Shown here piece by piece: positions 11,601 to 26,600 of a stretch of 64,000 nt of DNA. A model generated the notes under the pieces. It was not told the DNA's origin. It worked only from the letters and a program-made list of their open reading frames with translations, and did no database searches. The position numbers and the translations under genes are program-made. The stretch covers positions 2,912,001 through 2,976,000 of the forward strand of contig OZ245006.1 in NCBI GenBank assembly GCA_965223545.1, read 5' to 3'. The DNA is from Planctomycetota bacterium (GTDB lineage Bacteria > Planctomycetota > UBA1135 > UBA2386). The number at the start of each line of letters is the position of its first letter. Within the stretch, counting starts at the first letter, position 1.

Positions 11601-14600
11601 GGCTACGACGGCGACGACTCCATTTCCGGTCTCGCCGGCGACGATGTGCTCGCCGGCGGTGCTGGCAACGACACTCTCCTCGGCGGCGCCGGCACCGACA
11701 CTGTCGACTACTCCTCGGCAACGGGCGCCATCACGGTCGACCTGACGATCACGACCGCACAAGACACCGGCGAAGGCTTCGACACCCTCGACAGCATCGA
11801 ACGCGTCATCGGCAGCACGTTCAACGGCGACACGTTCTTGTTCAGCAATGCTCAAGACGGCGCGACCTATGCGGTCGTCGGCAACAGCTGGAACAACACG
11901 ATCGACCTCAGTAACTACGCATTCGCCGACGCGACCTGGTATGACGGCTACGTCGTCATCTCGATGGGAGCGGCACAGTCGTTCCGCATCGACTACACGC
12001 AAGCCAACTTCCGCTTCTCCGACGGATGGATCGGCACCGTCGACCCCTCGGCTCCCGGCCGCTCCGGTTCGGGCGCGGCAACCTACGTCGTTGGCGACCG
12101 CGTCTTCCGACTGCAGGCGGCCGGCTACAACTTCTCGTACGACTTCAACAACGAGACCCTCGACATCACGCATACGAGCTCGTCCAGCAGCTCGACCACT
12201 TTGCAGGTCACCGAGTTCGCCGGAGAGATCGCGATCGGCACGATCTCGCTCAACTCGTCCCACGGCGACATCGTGATGCCGAGTGATATCGCGGCCATCA
12301 ACGTCGCCTCCGGCGTCACGCTGGGCTCGGTCACCGTCGATGGCGGGACAGGAACGGTCGGCGCGATCACCTATGCCGGCTCCCTCGACGCAGACCTCAC
12401 GGTCAACGGCAACGTCGGTTCGATCAGCGCGACGACCGGCTCCGGCGACATCACCGTCACCGGCGATCTGGATGCGCTCGTCTTCACCAGTGACTACTCC
12501 GGCACCCTGCGTATCGACGCGGTCGTTGGAAGTCTCGACATCACCGACGGTGCGCACACGGACTCCACCACGTATGCCACGCCAACCGCGATCGCCTACG
12601 ACGGCGACGCCCAGGTACTGGCGACCGTCATCTCCGGCACGGCGTTCAACGACTATTTGGTCGCCACGGCGAACAACGACTACCTCGACGGCGGCGACGG
12701 CACCGACACCGTCGACTACAGCGGCGCCAGCGCCGGAATCACGGTCGACCTGACCATCTCGGGGTCGCAAGCGACCGGCGGATCGGCCAACGACACGCTG
12801 TCGAGCATCGAGCGCCTGATCGGTAGCGGATTCGACGATACGTTCTCGTTCAGCGGCCCCGCAGACGGTGCGTCCTACTACGTCGACGGCGGCGCCGGCA
12901 ACAACACCATCGACCTGACGTCGTTCGCCAGTGCGGCAGTCACCTACTCAGCGACGCAGCTGACCGTCGACCTCGGCGGTGGGCAGTCGTTCGTGGTTGC
13001 GTTCGACAACGTCTCGACCATCCTCTTGGCCGACGCCACGGCCGCGGTTCTCGCCGGATCAACGAGCCGTACGGCGTTCTCCGGATCCGAGGTCTTCATC
13101 GACGGTGATCAGGTGTTCCGCGTGGACGTCTCGGGGGCCGGGTCGATCGACTACTCCTACGACGCGACGACCGACACGCTCACCGTCACCGACAGCACCG
13201 CCACCGATGCCACCACGACCGTCGCGATCACGGACCTTTCCGGCACGGATCTCGTCATCGACACGATCACGATCGATACGACGCTGGCCTCGGCGACGAG
13301 CAACGTCGACATCGGCACCATCTTCGTCAATGGGGGCGCCGAGCTCGGCACGGTTTCGGTGGCCAGCGGAACCGGGGCGATCGGCCAGCTGACCTACTCC
13401 GGGAACGTCACTGCCACCACGACGATCGATGCCAACGTCGAAGCGGTGTCCGCGCAGCAGGTGACCGGAACTCTTGAAGTCACCGGCAACCTGACGACCG
13501 CCAGCGCGACCCTGTTGAGCGGACACCTCGAAGTCGGCGGGGAGCTGTCGACCTTGAACCTGTCCAGTGGACTGACCGGGACGATGCACGTTGGCGGCGA
13601 CGTCGGCGCGATGAACCTCGGCACCGCCGGCGACAGCTCCAGCTTCCCCATGTCGGTCGTCATCGATGGTTCGCTCGGCACGTACACGACCTCTGGCAGC
13701 CTCCATGGCACGATTCACGTCATCGGCGACGTCAGCGGCGGCATCGACATCGGTCGGATCGAGTCGGGCGCCACACTCCAGGTCGACGGGTCACTGCACT
13801 CACTGCATTCGACCTGGGACCTGAACGGCGCTCTCACCATCGGTGGTGATGCGGGAACCGTGCGCCTCGATGGCGGCATCAACGGCGGTACGGTCTCGGT
13901 CACCGGGAATCTGGTCAGCTTCCGCGCCCTCGGCAGCCTGACCGGCGCTGGCAGCTTCTCTGTGGGTGGAAATGCCGGCAGCCTGGACTTCGATGGCAGC
14001 GGCGACGTGGCGATCACCATCGGCGGCGACCTGGATTCGTTCCGTTTCGGCAGCGGATACTCGGCCGTCCTGCAGGCCAATCAGGTCGTCGGTAGCTTGT
14101 CGATCGTCGACGGTGCGTACTCCACGGCACACTACTACGCCACCGCAACAGTGGTCAGCTACGACGGGTCGACGAACTCAGGCGTCGGCACACCTCCGTC
14201 CAGTGGGACCTCCGGCGACGACGTGCTGACAGGAACCGCGGGGAACGACTTCCTCGATGGTCAAGGCGGCAACGACACCCTCTATGGGCTCGACGGCGAC
14301 GATCTACTGCGCGGCGGCACCGGCAACGACATCATCGACGGTGGACTCGGCACGGACGTCGTGGACTACGCCGACGCGGGCGCGGCTGTCACCGTCGACA
14401 TCTCCTCCACCAGCGCGCAGGACACGGTCGGCGCGGGAACCGATACATTTGCCGCGATCGAGGGCGTCCACGGCTCCGGCTTCGACGACACGTTCAATCT
14501 CGCGACTCCGGCGAACGGAGCGACGTACATCGTCTCGGGCGGCGCGGGTACGGACACGCTAAACCTCGGCGGATACTCGTGGTCCAGCGCGACGTTCGCC

Positions 14601-17600
14601 GACGGGATCATCACGATCGCAATGGCTGGCGGTGGGTCGTTCACGATCCAGCACGACACCATCGAGACCGTGCAGTTCTCCAACGGCACGGCCATCTTCA
14701 CGGACGTCCCCGTCACGCAGACCGGGTTCACCGGGACGCAAATCGTCGTCTCCGGAGCAAACGCAACCCGCATTTCCCTCGTCGGGTCCGGCACCATGGA
14801 TTGGTCCTACGACCCGATGCGGCACGAGCTGACCGTCGACGGGACGGCCTCGACGAACTCCGGCACCGATATCACGATCGACGACCTGAACGACACCGGG
14901 CTACGTGTAGAGAGCGTGCAGATCGACAGCGGAATCGACGATCTCATTGCTGACGTGGACATCGGAACCGTGACGGTTGGCAACTCCGGGTATCTGATCG
15001 ATGTAATGCTCGGTGGCACCGGGACCGTGGAGCAAATGGTGTTCGGCGGCAGCACGAACGCCAACTTGACTGTCGATGCGAACGTCCAATCTTTGACGTT
15101 CGCCGACAACGTATGGCATACCATCACCGTCACCGGGAGCGTCGACTCCCTGGACGTCGCCGGCTACGTGAGCACGAACGGTTCCTTTGCCATTTCTGGT
15201 GATGCCACCACGGTTTCCGTAGCCGGCAATGTCCTCGGTACCGTGCAGGTTGACGGAGCTGCCGGGCAAGTCAGCGTCGGTGGAACCCTCGGCTCATCGG
15301 TCATCGTGCGCGGCGATCTCGGAACACTGGACATATCCGGTGACGTCACCGCCAGCGGCGCGGTCGTGGTCGGCGGTGACCTCGGGGTACTCACCGGCGG
15401 CAACGACCTCTTGACGGGCGCGACGATCCGCGTGGCCGGCAACGCCGGGACGATCAGCTTCACAGGAACGAGCGACGAGCGCATCGAAGTCGGGGGCACC
15501 TTGCAGGTGTTCTCGTTCACCGGTGACTACACCGGAATCCTGTGGATCGGCAACGCGTTCGGCGACGTTTCGATCAGCGACAACGGCACCTCCGATGTCA
15601 TAACGTTCTCGGTGCCTACCGAGTTCATCTACGACGGGCTGGGAGGACTGACGCCGGGTGATGGTGGGACGTACGTCGGAACCGCAGGGGACGATGTCCT
15701 CGTCGGCGATGTCACAGACGACCTGATGGTTGGCCTCGCCGGCAACGACGTCCTGGACGGCGCCGACGGCAGCGACGTCCTCAGAGGAGGAGCGGGCGAC
15801 GACACCCTCATGGGCGGCGCTGGCACCGACACTGCGGACTACAGTACCGCGACGAGCGCGATCACCGTCGACCTGACCGACACATCCGCGCAGAACACCG
15901 GCGGAGCCGGAGTTGACACGTTGCTCGGCATCGAGCAAGTGCTTGGCACTTCGTTTGATGATACCTTTGCGTTCGCAACGCCGACCTCGGGAAGCGTGTA
16001 CAAGGTCTTTGGAGGCGCCGGGAGCGACACGATCGACCTGTCCGGCTTTGCCTCGACCGACGCGACTTTTTCGGATGGCTCCGTCGTCATTGACTTGGGG
16101 GGTGGGCAGTCGTTCCAGATCGACTATCAGGATGTCGAGTCGATCGTATTCTCCGACACCACTGCACAACTCATCGAACCGCCGCCGGGTTTGACCGGAC
16201 TCGAAAGCTTGGGTGGCGTGTCGGTGGTCTACTCATCCACCGAGCTCGACGCGTGGTCCGGTACGATGATGTTCGTCGATGGCCCACAGACGTTCACCAT
16301 TTCCCTCACGGGGGCGGGAACCGCCGACATCACCTACGACGCGATCACGGACACCGTCTCCGTGCTCAATGTCGACGGAACCGACGCCAGTACGTCGCTC
16401 GTCATCACCGACTTGTCCGGATCCGATCTGATCGTGGACTCCATCGTGCTCGACGAGAGCGTTGGTTCGTTCACGAGCAACGTCAATATCGGCACGCTCA
16501 CCCTTGGGGCCAACGCCACCATCGACTCGGTCGTCATCGATAGTGGGCTGGGCACGATCGACCTGATCGAGAGCACAACGAGATTCTACGGTACGGCGAC
16601 GATCGACGCGAACGTCACCAATGTACAGATGCCCGGGGTAAGCGGGAACCTCACCTTCAACGGCGACGTCGGCACGTTCACGAGCACGGCGTCCTACGAA
16701 TCGGCGACGATCGTGATCAACGGAGACGCGGGACGGATCGAAACCAGCGACTTCAACTACTCATCTCTCACGGTTACAGGGAGCGTGACAACGCTCGACT
16801 CGAACGACGACGTACGCGGCTCTACAATCAACATCGGTGGCGATCTCGGCTTGTTCGAGGTACGAGATCAGATCAACAGCGGCCCTAATACGATCACCGT
16901 CGGCGGCAACGTAGGCACTATTGATGTCGACAACCGCATCAGCGGCGCCGACTTCGACATCGGCGGCGATTTGCAGACGTTCGATGTCGGCGATGCGGTC
17001 GGAAGCAGTCAGAGTTTCACGAACGGGAGTCTCGTCGTCGGTGGCACCCTGACCACCTTCAGCGTCTACCACTACATCCAGAACGTAGACGTCGAAGTCA
17101 GTGGCAACCTAGGCTCGTTCACCATCGGAGAGGACGTGGATGGAAACGCCAGCGTCCTGGTCCACGGCTCGACTGGCACGGTCGATGTATCCGGCGATCT
17201 CGCCGGCAGCTTTGTGACTGGCGGGGACCTGGACCAGGTCACCTTGGGCAGCGTCTCCGGTGTTTTGCTCGCGGGGTCGGTAACGGGATCGTTCGACCTG
17301 ACGGATGGCACGTATACCTATACCGATACGTACGCAACAGCGACAATGGTCCGTTACGAGGGTGGCGGGTCGGAAGGCCTCTTCACATCGTCCGATTCCA
17401 ATGTGATCTTCGGCACCTCCGGAGCCGACAGCTTGATCGGCACCGCCGGCTCCGACCTCATCCTGCCGCTCGAGGGTGTCGACAGCGTGTCCGCCGGGGA
17501 TGGGGACGATGTCATCTACTACTCGTCCGGTCACGGTGACCTGACGGTGGACGGTGGATCTGGCACCGACGAGTTCCTGTTGCATTCGTCGGCCTCGGTA

Positions 17601-20600
17601 GGGATCTACAGCGCGGCACGACACAACGCCCTATGGGGAACGAGCTACGCGTCCGATCACGTGATCGTCAGGGTCAACGGCGAAATCATCGACCTCGTCA
17701 ACGTCGAGCGAATCACGATCATCGGCACCAACGCCAACGAGTACCTCACAGTGGACGGGGATTTCACCCCGACCGCACTGGCAACCGATGGAATCCGCTT
17801 TGTCGGCGGTGAGGGTGTCGACCGAGTCTACGCCGACAAAATCACTTCCGCGCACAACGTCGATGTCCGCACTGGATCCGGAGGAGAGACCATCTTCACC
17901 GGGGCTGGCGACGACACCATCGAGGGTGGCGCCGACAACGACGGAATCGAAAGCGGCGCCGGCGCCGACACCGTAATCTGGCGGGTCGGGGATGGGTTGG
18001 ACACTATCGACGGCGGCGCGGACAGCGACTTGCTCGATCTGTTCGGCTCCGACACCGGCAACGGCACGTTCCTCGTCGAGGACGCGTCGACGTACAACGC
18101 GCGGACCGGTTCGTCCATTGCGGCTGACCACATCTTGATCAGCTACAACGGTGTCCTGGTCGTCGATGCCGTCAACGTGGAGCACATCCGCATCAACTCG
18201 GGATTGCTCGGCGATGCCGTCACCATCTCGGGCGATTTCACGCTCACGACGCTTGCAAGCCAACCGTTCGAGGTCGTCGGTTGTGATGGGTCCGATGTCG
18301 TGGACGCCTCGGGGGTCCTGTCGGCTCACGGCGTGATTCTCGTCGGTGCCGGCGCGGACGACACATTCACTGGTGGCGCTGGTTTCGACACCGCGCGCTT
18401 CACGGGCAACTACGCGGACTACACGATCACCGACAATGGCGGTGGATCCTTCACCGTCACCGACAACACTGCAGGCCGCGATGGCTCCGAGACGTTGGTC
18501 GGTGTCGACGAGTTCGCATTCGCGGACTACACCCTCGACCCGACGACGCTGGCCGATCCTGCGCCGAGCGCCGACGCGGGACCGGATCAGACCGTCTCCG
18601 AGAACACGACGGTCACGCTGGATGCCAGCGCGTCCAGCGATCCGCAGGGACAGTCTTTGACTTACACCTGGACTCAGACCGGGGGGCCGGCCGTCACCCT
18701 CAGCGATGCCAACGCGGTGCAGCCCACCTTCACGGCGCCCGACGCTGCTGGCAACTACACCCTGACCTTCGATGTCGCCGTCAGCGATGGCACAACCACG
18801 ACGACCGACACCGTCGTCATCACGGTCAACGCAACCGACGCCGCGCCCACTGCAAACGCTGGGCCGGACCAGACCGTCTCCGAGAACACCACCGTCACAC
18901 TCGACGCCAGTGCATCCAGCGATCCAGAGGGGCAGTCGCTCACCTACACCTGGACCCAAACCGGTGGCCCGGCCGTCACGCTCAGCGACGCCAACGCCGT
19001 CCAGCCCACCTTCACGGCGCCCGACGCCGCTGGCAACTACACGCTGACCTTCGACGTCGCCGTCAGCGATGGCACGACCACCACGACCGACACCGTCGTC
19101 ATCAGCGTCAACGCAACCGACGCGGCACCCACTGCCAACGCTGGGCCGGACCAAACCGTTTCCGAGAACACCACCGTCACGCTCGACGCCAGCGCATCCA
19201 GTGATCCGGAGGGGCAGTCCCTCACCTACACCTGGACGCAGACCGGGGGACCTGCTGTCACGCTCAGCGACGCCAACGCGGTGCAGCCCACCTTCACGGC
19301 GCCCGATGCCGCGGGCAACTACACCCTGACCTTCGATGTCGCCGTCAGCGATGGCACGACCACCACGACCGACACCGTCGTCATCAGCGTCAACGCAACC
19401 GACGCCGCGCCCACCGCGAACGCTGGACCCGACCAGACCGTCTCCGAGAACACCACCGTCACCCTCGACGCCAGCGCGTCCAGTGATCCGGAGGGGCAGT
19501 CCCTCACCTACACCTGGACGCAGACCGGCGGACCCGCCGTCACGCTCAGCGATGCCAACGCGGTGCAGCCCACCTTCACGGCGCCCGACGCCGCGGGCAA
19601 CTACACGCTGACCTTCGATGTCGCCGTCAGCGATGGCACCACCACCACGACCGACACCGTCGTCATCAACGTCAACGCTACCGACGCCGCGCCCACCGCC
19701 AACGCTGGACCCGACCAGACCGTCTCCGAGAACACCACCGTCACTCTCGACGCCAGTGCGTCCAGCGATCCCGAGGGGCAATCCCTCACGTACACCTGGA
19801 CGCAGACAGGCGGACCCGCCGTCACGCTCAGCGATGCCAACGCCGTCCAGCCCACCTTCACGGCGCCCGACGCCGCGGGCAACTACACCCTGACATTCGA
19901 CGTCGCAGTCAGCGATGGCACGACCACGACGACCGACACCGTCGTCATCACGGTCAACGCCACCGACGCCGCGCCCACCGCCAACGCTGGACCCGACCAA
20001 ACCGTTTCCGAGAACACCACCGTCACCCTCGATGCCAGTGCGTCCAGCGATCCGGAGGGGCAGTCGCTCACCTACACCTGGACCCAAACCGGTGGCCCGG
20101 CCGTCACGCTCAGCGACGCCAACGCCGTCCAGCCGACGTTCACGGCACCCGACGCTGCGGGCAACTACACGCTGACCTTCGACGTCGCCGTCAGCGATGG
20201 CACCACCACGACGACCGACACCGTCGCCATCTCGGTCAACGCAACCGACGCCGCGCCCACCGCCAACGCTGGGCCCGACCAGACCGTCTCCGAGAACACC
20301 ACCGTCACTCTCGACGCCAGTGCGTCCAGCGATCCGGAGGGGCAGTCCCTCACCTACACCTGGACGCAGACCGGCGGACCCGCCGTCACGCTCAGCGATG
20401 CCAACGCGGTCCAGCCCACCTTCACGGCTCCCGATGCCGCGGGCAACTACACGCTGACCTTCGATGTCGGCGTCAGCGACGGCACCACCACCACGACCGA
20501 CACCGTCGTCATCAACGTCAACGCTACCGACGCCGCGCCCACCGCCAACGCTGGACCCGACCAGACCGTCTCCGAGAACACCACCGTCACTCTCGACGCC

Positions 20601-23600
20601 AGTGCGTCCAGCGATCCCGAGGGGCAATCCCTCACCTACATCTGGACGCAGACAGGCGGACCCGCCGTCACGCTCAGCGATGCCAACGCCGTCCAGCCCA
20701 CCTTCACGGCGCCCGACGCCGCGGGCAACTACACGCTGACCTTCGACGTCGCCGTCAGCGATGGCACCACCACCACGACCGACACCGTCGTCATCACGGT
20801 CAACGCCACCGACGCTGCACCCACCGCCAACGCTGGGCCCGACCAGACGGTCTCCGAGAACTCCACCGTCACCCTCGATGCCAGTGCATCCAGCGATCCG
20901 GAGGGGCAATCCCTCGGTTACACCTGGACGCAGACCGGCGGACCCGCCGTCACGCTCAGCGATGCCAATGCCGTCCAACCGACGTTCACGGCGCCGGACG
21001 CTGCTGGCAACTACACGCTGACCTTTGACGTCGCCGTCAGCGATGGCACGACCACCACGACCGACACCGTCGTCATCAGCGTCAACGCAACCGACGCCGC
21101 GCCCACTGCCAACGCTGGACCCGACCAAACCGTTTCCGAGAACACCACCGTCACGCTCGACGCCAGCGCATCCAGTGATCCGGAGGGGCAGTCCCTCACC
21201 TACACCTGGACCCAAACCGGTGGCCCGGCCGTCACGCTCAGCGACGCCAACGCCGTCCAGCCGACGTTCACGGCACCCGACGCTGCGGGCAACTACACGC
21301 TGACCTTCGACGTCGCCGTCAGCGATGGCACCACCACGACGACCGATACCGTCGTCATCTCGGTCAACGCAACCGACGCCGCGCCCACCGCCAACGCTGG
21401 GCCCGACCAGACCGTCTCCGAGAACACCACCGTCACTCTCGACGCCAGTGCGTCCAGCGATCCGGAAGGCCAGTCCCTCACCTACACCTGGACGCAGACC
21501 GGAGGGCCCTCGGTCACGCTCAGTGATGCCAACGCCGTCCAGCCGACGTTCACGGCACCCGACGCTGCTGGCAACTACACGCTGACCTTCGACGTCGCCG
21601 TCAGCGATGGCACGACCACCACGACCGACACCGTCGTCATCACGGTCAACGCCACGGACGCGGCACCCACTGCCAACGCTGGGCCGGACCAAACCGTTTC
21701 CGAGAACACTACCGTCACACTCGATGCCAGTGCATCCAGCGATCCAGAGGGGCAGTCCCTCACCTACACCTGGACACAGACCGCGGGACCGGCCGTCACG
21801 CTCAGCGACGTCAACGCCGTCCAGCCCACCTTCACGGCTCCCGATGCCGCGGGCAACTACACGCTGACCTTCGACGTCGCCGTCAGCGATGGCACAACGA
21901 CGACGACCGACACCGTCGTCATCACGGTCAACGCCACGGACGCGGCACCCACTGCCAACGCTGGGCCGGACCAGACTGTCTCCGAGAACACCACCGTCAC
22001 GCTCGACGCCAGTGCATCCAGCGATCCAGAGGGGCAGTCGCTCACCTACACCTGGACACAGACCGCGGGACCGGCCGTCGCGCTCAGCGACGCCAACGCC
22101 GTCCAGCCCACCTTCACGGCTCCCGATGCCGCGGGCAACTACACGCTGACCTTCGATGTCGCCGTCAGCGATGGCACCACCACCACGACCGACACCGTCG
22201 TCATCAGCGTCAACGCAACCGACGCCGCGCCCACTGCCAACGCTGGGCCGGACCAGACCGTCTCCGAGAACACCACCGTCACCCTCGATGCCAGTGCGTC
22301 CAGCGATCCGGAGGGGCAATCGCTCACCTACACCTGGACCCAAACCGGTGGCCCGTCCGTCACGCTCAGCGACGCCAACGCCGTCCAGCCGACGTTCACG
22401 GCACCCGATGCTGCGGGCAACTACACGCTGACCTTCGACGTCGCCATCAGCGATGGCACAACCACCACGACCGACACCGTCGTCATCAGCGTCAACGCCA
22501 CCGACGCCGCGCCCACCGCGAACGCTGGGCCCGACCAGACTGTCTCCGAGAACACCACCGTCACTCTCGATGCCAGCGCGTCCAGTGATCCAGAGGGGCA
22601 GTCGCTCACCTACACCTGGACGCAGACCGGTGGCCCGGCCGTCACGCTCAGCGACGCCAACGCCGTCCAGCCCACCTTCACGGCGCCCGACGCTGCTGGT
22701 AACTACACGCTGACCTTCGACGTCGCCGTCAGCGATGGCACGACCACCACGACCGACACCGTCGTCATCAGCGTCAACGCCACCGACGCGGCACCCACTG
22801 CCAACGCTGGGCCGGACCAAACCGTTTCCGAGAACACCATCGTCACGCTCGATGCCAGTGCATCCAGTGATCCGGAAGGTCAGTCGCTCACCTACACCTG
22901 GACGCAGACCGGCGGACCCGCCGTCACGCTCAGCGACGCCAACGCGGTGCAGCCCACCTTCACGGCTCCCGATGCCGCGGGCAACTACACGCTGACCTTC
23001 GATGTCGCCGTCAGCGATGGCACGACCACGACGACGGACACCGTCGTCATCAGCGTCAACGCAACCGACGCCGCGCCCACCGCCAACGCTGGGCCCGACC
23101 AGACCGTCTCCGAGAACACCACCGTCACTCTCGACGCCAGTGCGTCCAGCGATCCGGAAGGCCAGTCGCTCACCTACACCTGGACACAGACCGGGGGACC
23201 CGCCGTCACGCTCAGCGATGCCAACGCCGTCCAGCCCACCTTCACGGCGCCCGACGCCGCCGGCAACTACACGCTGACCTTCGACGTCGCCGTCAGCGAT
23301 GGCACAACGACGACGACCGACACCGTCGTCATCACGGTCAACGCAACCGACGCCGCGCCCACCGCAAACGCTGGACCCGACCAGACTGTCTCCGAGAACA
23401 CCACCGTCACACTCGACGCCAGTGCATCCAGCGATCCAGAGGGGCAGTCGCTCACCTACACATGGACGCAGACCGGCGGACCCGCCGTCACGCTCAGTGA
23501 TGCCAACGCGGTGCAGCCCACCTTCACGGCTCCCGATGCCTCGGGCAACTACACGCTGACCTTCGACGTCGCCGTCAGCGATGGCACCACCACCACGACC

Positions 23601-26600
23601 GACACCGTCGTCATCAGCGTCAACGCAACCGACGCCGCGCCCACTGCCAACGCTGGACCCGACCAGACTGTCTCCGAGAACTCCACCGTCACTCTCGACG
23701 CCAGTGCATCCAGTGATCCCGAGGGGCAGTCGCTCACCTACACATGGACGCAGACCGGCGGACCCGCCGTCACGCTCAGTGATGCCAACGCGGTGCAGCC
23801 CACCTTCACGGCTCCCGATGCCACGGGCAACTACACGCTGACCTTCGACGTCGCCGTCAGCGATGGCACCACCACCACGACCGACACCGTCGTCATCAGC
23901 GTCAACGCAACCGACGCCGCGCCCACTGCCAACGCTGGACCCGACCAGACTGTCTCCGAGAACTCCACCGTCACTCTCGATGCCAGTGCATCCAGTGATC
24001 CGGAAGGCCAGTCGCTCACCTACACCTGGACACAGACCGGCGGACCCGCCGTCACGCTCAGCGACGCCAACGCGGTGCAGCCCACCTTCACGGCGCCCGA
24101 TGCCGCGGGCAACTACACGCTGACCTTTGATGTCGCCGTGAGCGATGGCACCACCACCACGACCGACACCGTCGTCATCAACGTCAACGCAACCGACGCC
24201 GCGCCCACCGCCAACGCTGGGCCCGACCAGACCGTCTCCGAGAACACCACCGTCACTCTGGACGCCAGCGCATCCAGTGATCCGGAAGGCCAGTCGCTCA
24301 CCTACACCTGGACGCAGACCGGAGGGCCCGCGGTCACGCTCAGTGATGCCAACGCCGTCCAGCCGACGTTCACGGCGCCGGACGCTGCTGGCAACTACAC
24401 GCTGACCTTTGACGTCGCCGTCAGCGATGGCACCACCACCACGACCGACACGGTCGTCATCAGCGTCAACGCAACCGACGCCGCGCCCACTGCCAACGCT
24501 GGGCCGGACCAAACCGTCTCTGAGAACACCACCGTCACTCTCGATGCCAGTGCATCCAGTGATCCGGAAGGCCAGTCGCTCACCTACACCTGGACGCAGA
24601 CCGGCGGACCCGCCGTCACGCTCAGCGACGCCAACGCGGTGCAGCCCACCTTCACGGCGCCCGATGCCGCGGGCAACTACACGCTGACCTTTGATGTCGC
24701 CGTTAGCGATGGCACCACCACCACGACCGACACCGTCGTCATCAACGTCAACGCAACCGACGCCGCGCCCACCGCCAACGCTGGGCCCGACCAGACCGTC
24801 TCCGAGAACACCACCGTCACTCTGGACGCCAGCGCATCCAGTGATCCGGAAGGCCAGTCGCTCACCTACACCTGGACGCAGACCGGAGGGCCCGCGGTCA
24901 CGCTCAGTGATGCCAACGCCGTCCAGCCGACGTTCACGGCGCCGGACGCTGCTGGCAACTACACGCTGACCTTTGACGTCGCCGTCAGCGATGGCACCAC
25001 CACCACGACCGACACGGTCGTCATCAGCGTCAACGCAACCGACGCCGCGCCCACTGCCAACGCTGGGCCGGACCAAACCGTCTCTGAGAACACCACCGTC
25101 ACGCTCGATGCCAGTGCATCCAGTGATCCGGAGGGCCAGTCGCTCACCTACACCTGGACGCAGACCGGCGGACCCGCCGTCACGCTCAGCGACGCCAACG
25201 CGGTGCAGCCCACCTTCACGGCGCCCGACGCCGCGGGCAACTACACGCTGACCTTCGATGTCGCCGTCAGCGATGGCACCACCACCACGACCGATACCGT
25301 CGTCATCAACGTCAACGCAACCGACGCCGCGCCTACCGCCAACGCTGGGCCCGACCAGACCGTCTCCGAGAACACCACCGTCACACTCGATGCCAGTGCA
25401 TCCAGCGATCCAGAGGGGCAGTCCCTCACCTACACCTGGACACAGACCGCGGGACCGGCCGTCACGCTCAGCGATGCCAACACGGTGCAGCCAACCTTCA
25501 CGGCGCCTGATGCCGCTGGTAACTACACGCTGACCTTCGACGTCGCCGTGAGCGATGGCACGACCACCACAACCGACACCGTCGTCATCACGGTCAACGC
25601 AACCGACGCGGCACCCACCGCCAACGCTGGGCCGGACCAAACCGTCTCCGAGAACTCCACCGTCACTCTCGACGCCAGTGCGTCCAGCGATCCGGAAGGC
25701 CAGTCCCTCACCTACACCTGGACGCAGACCGCGGGACCGGCCGTCACGCTCAGCGATGCCAATGCCGTCCAACCGACCTTCTCGGCTCCCGATGCCGCGG
25801 GCAACTACACGCTGACCTTCGATGTCGCCGTCAGCGATGGCACCACCACCACGAACGACACCGTCGTCATCACGGTCAACGCAACCGACGCGGCACCCAC
25901 CGCCAACGCTGGGCCGGACCAAACCGTCTCCGAGAACTCCACCGTCACTCTCGATGCCAGTGCATCCAGTGATCCGGAAGGCCAGTCGCTTACCTACACC
26001 TGGACACAGACCGGCGGACCCGCGGTCACGCTCAGCAACGCCAACGCGGTGCAGCCCACCTTCACGGCTCCCGACGCCGCGGGCAACTACACGCTGACCT
26101 TCGACGTCGCCGTCAGCGATGGCACCACCACGACGACCGACACCGTCGTCATCTCGGTCAACGCGACCGACGCCGCGCCCACTGCCAACGCTGGACCCGA
26201 CCAGACCGTCTCCGAAAACACGACCGTCACGCTCGACGCCAGTGCATCCAGTGATCCGGAAGGCCAGTCGCTCACCTACACCTGGACGCAGACCGGCGGG
26301 CCCGCCGTCACGCTCAGCGATGCCAACGCGGTGCAGCCCACCTTCACGGCTCCCGATGCCGCGGGCAACTACACGCTGACCTTCGATGTCGCCGTCAACG
26401 ATGGAACCACCACGACGACCGACACCGTCGTCATCTCGGTCAACGCAACCGACGCCGCGCCCACCGCCAATGCTGGGCCGGACCAGACCGTCTCCGAGAA
26501 CAGCACCGTCACACTCGATGCCAGTGCATCCAGCGATCCGGAGGGGCAGTCGCTCACCTACACCTGGACCCAAACCGGTGGCCCGGCCGTCACGCTCAGC

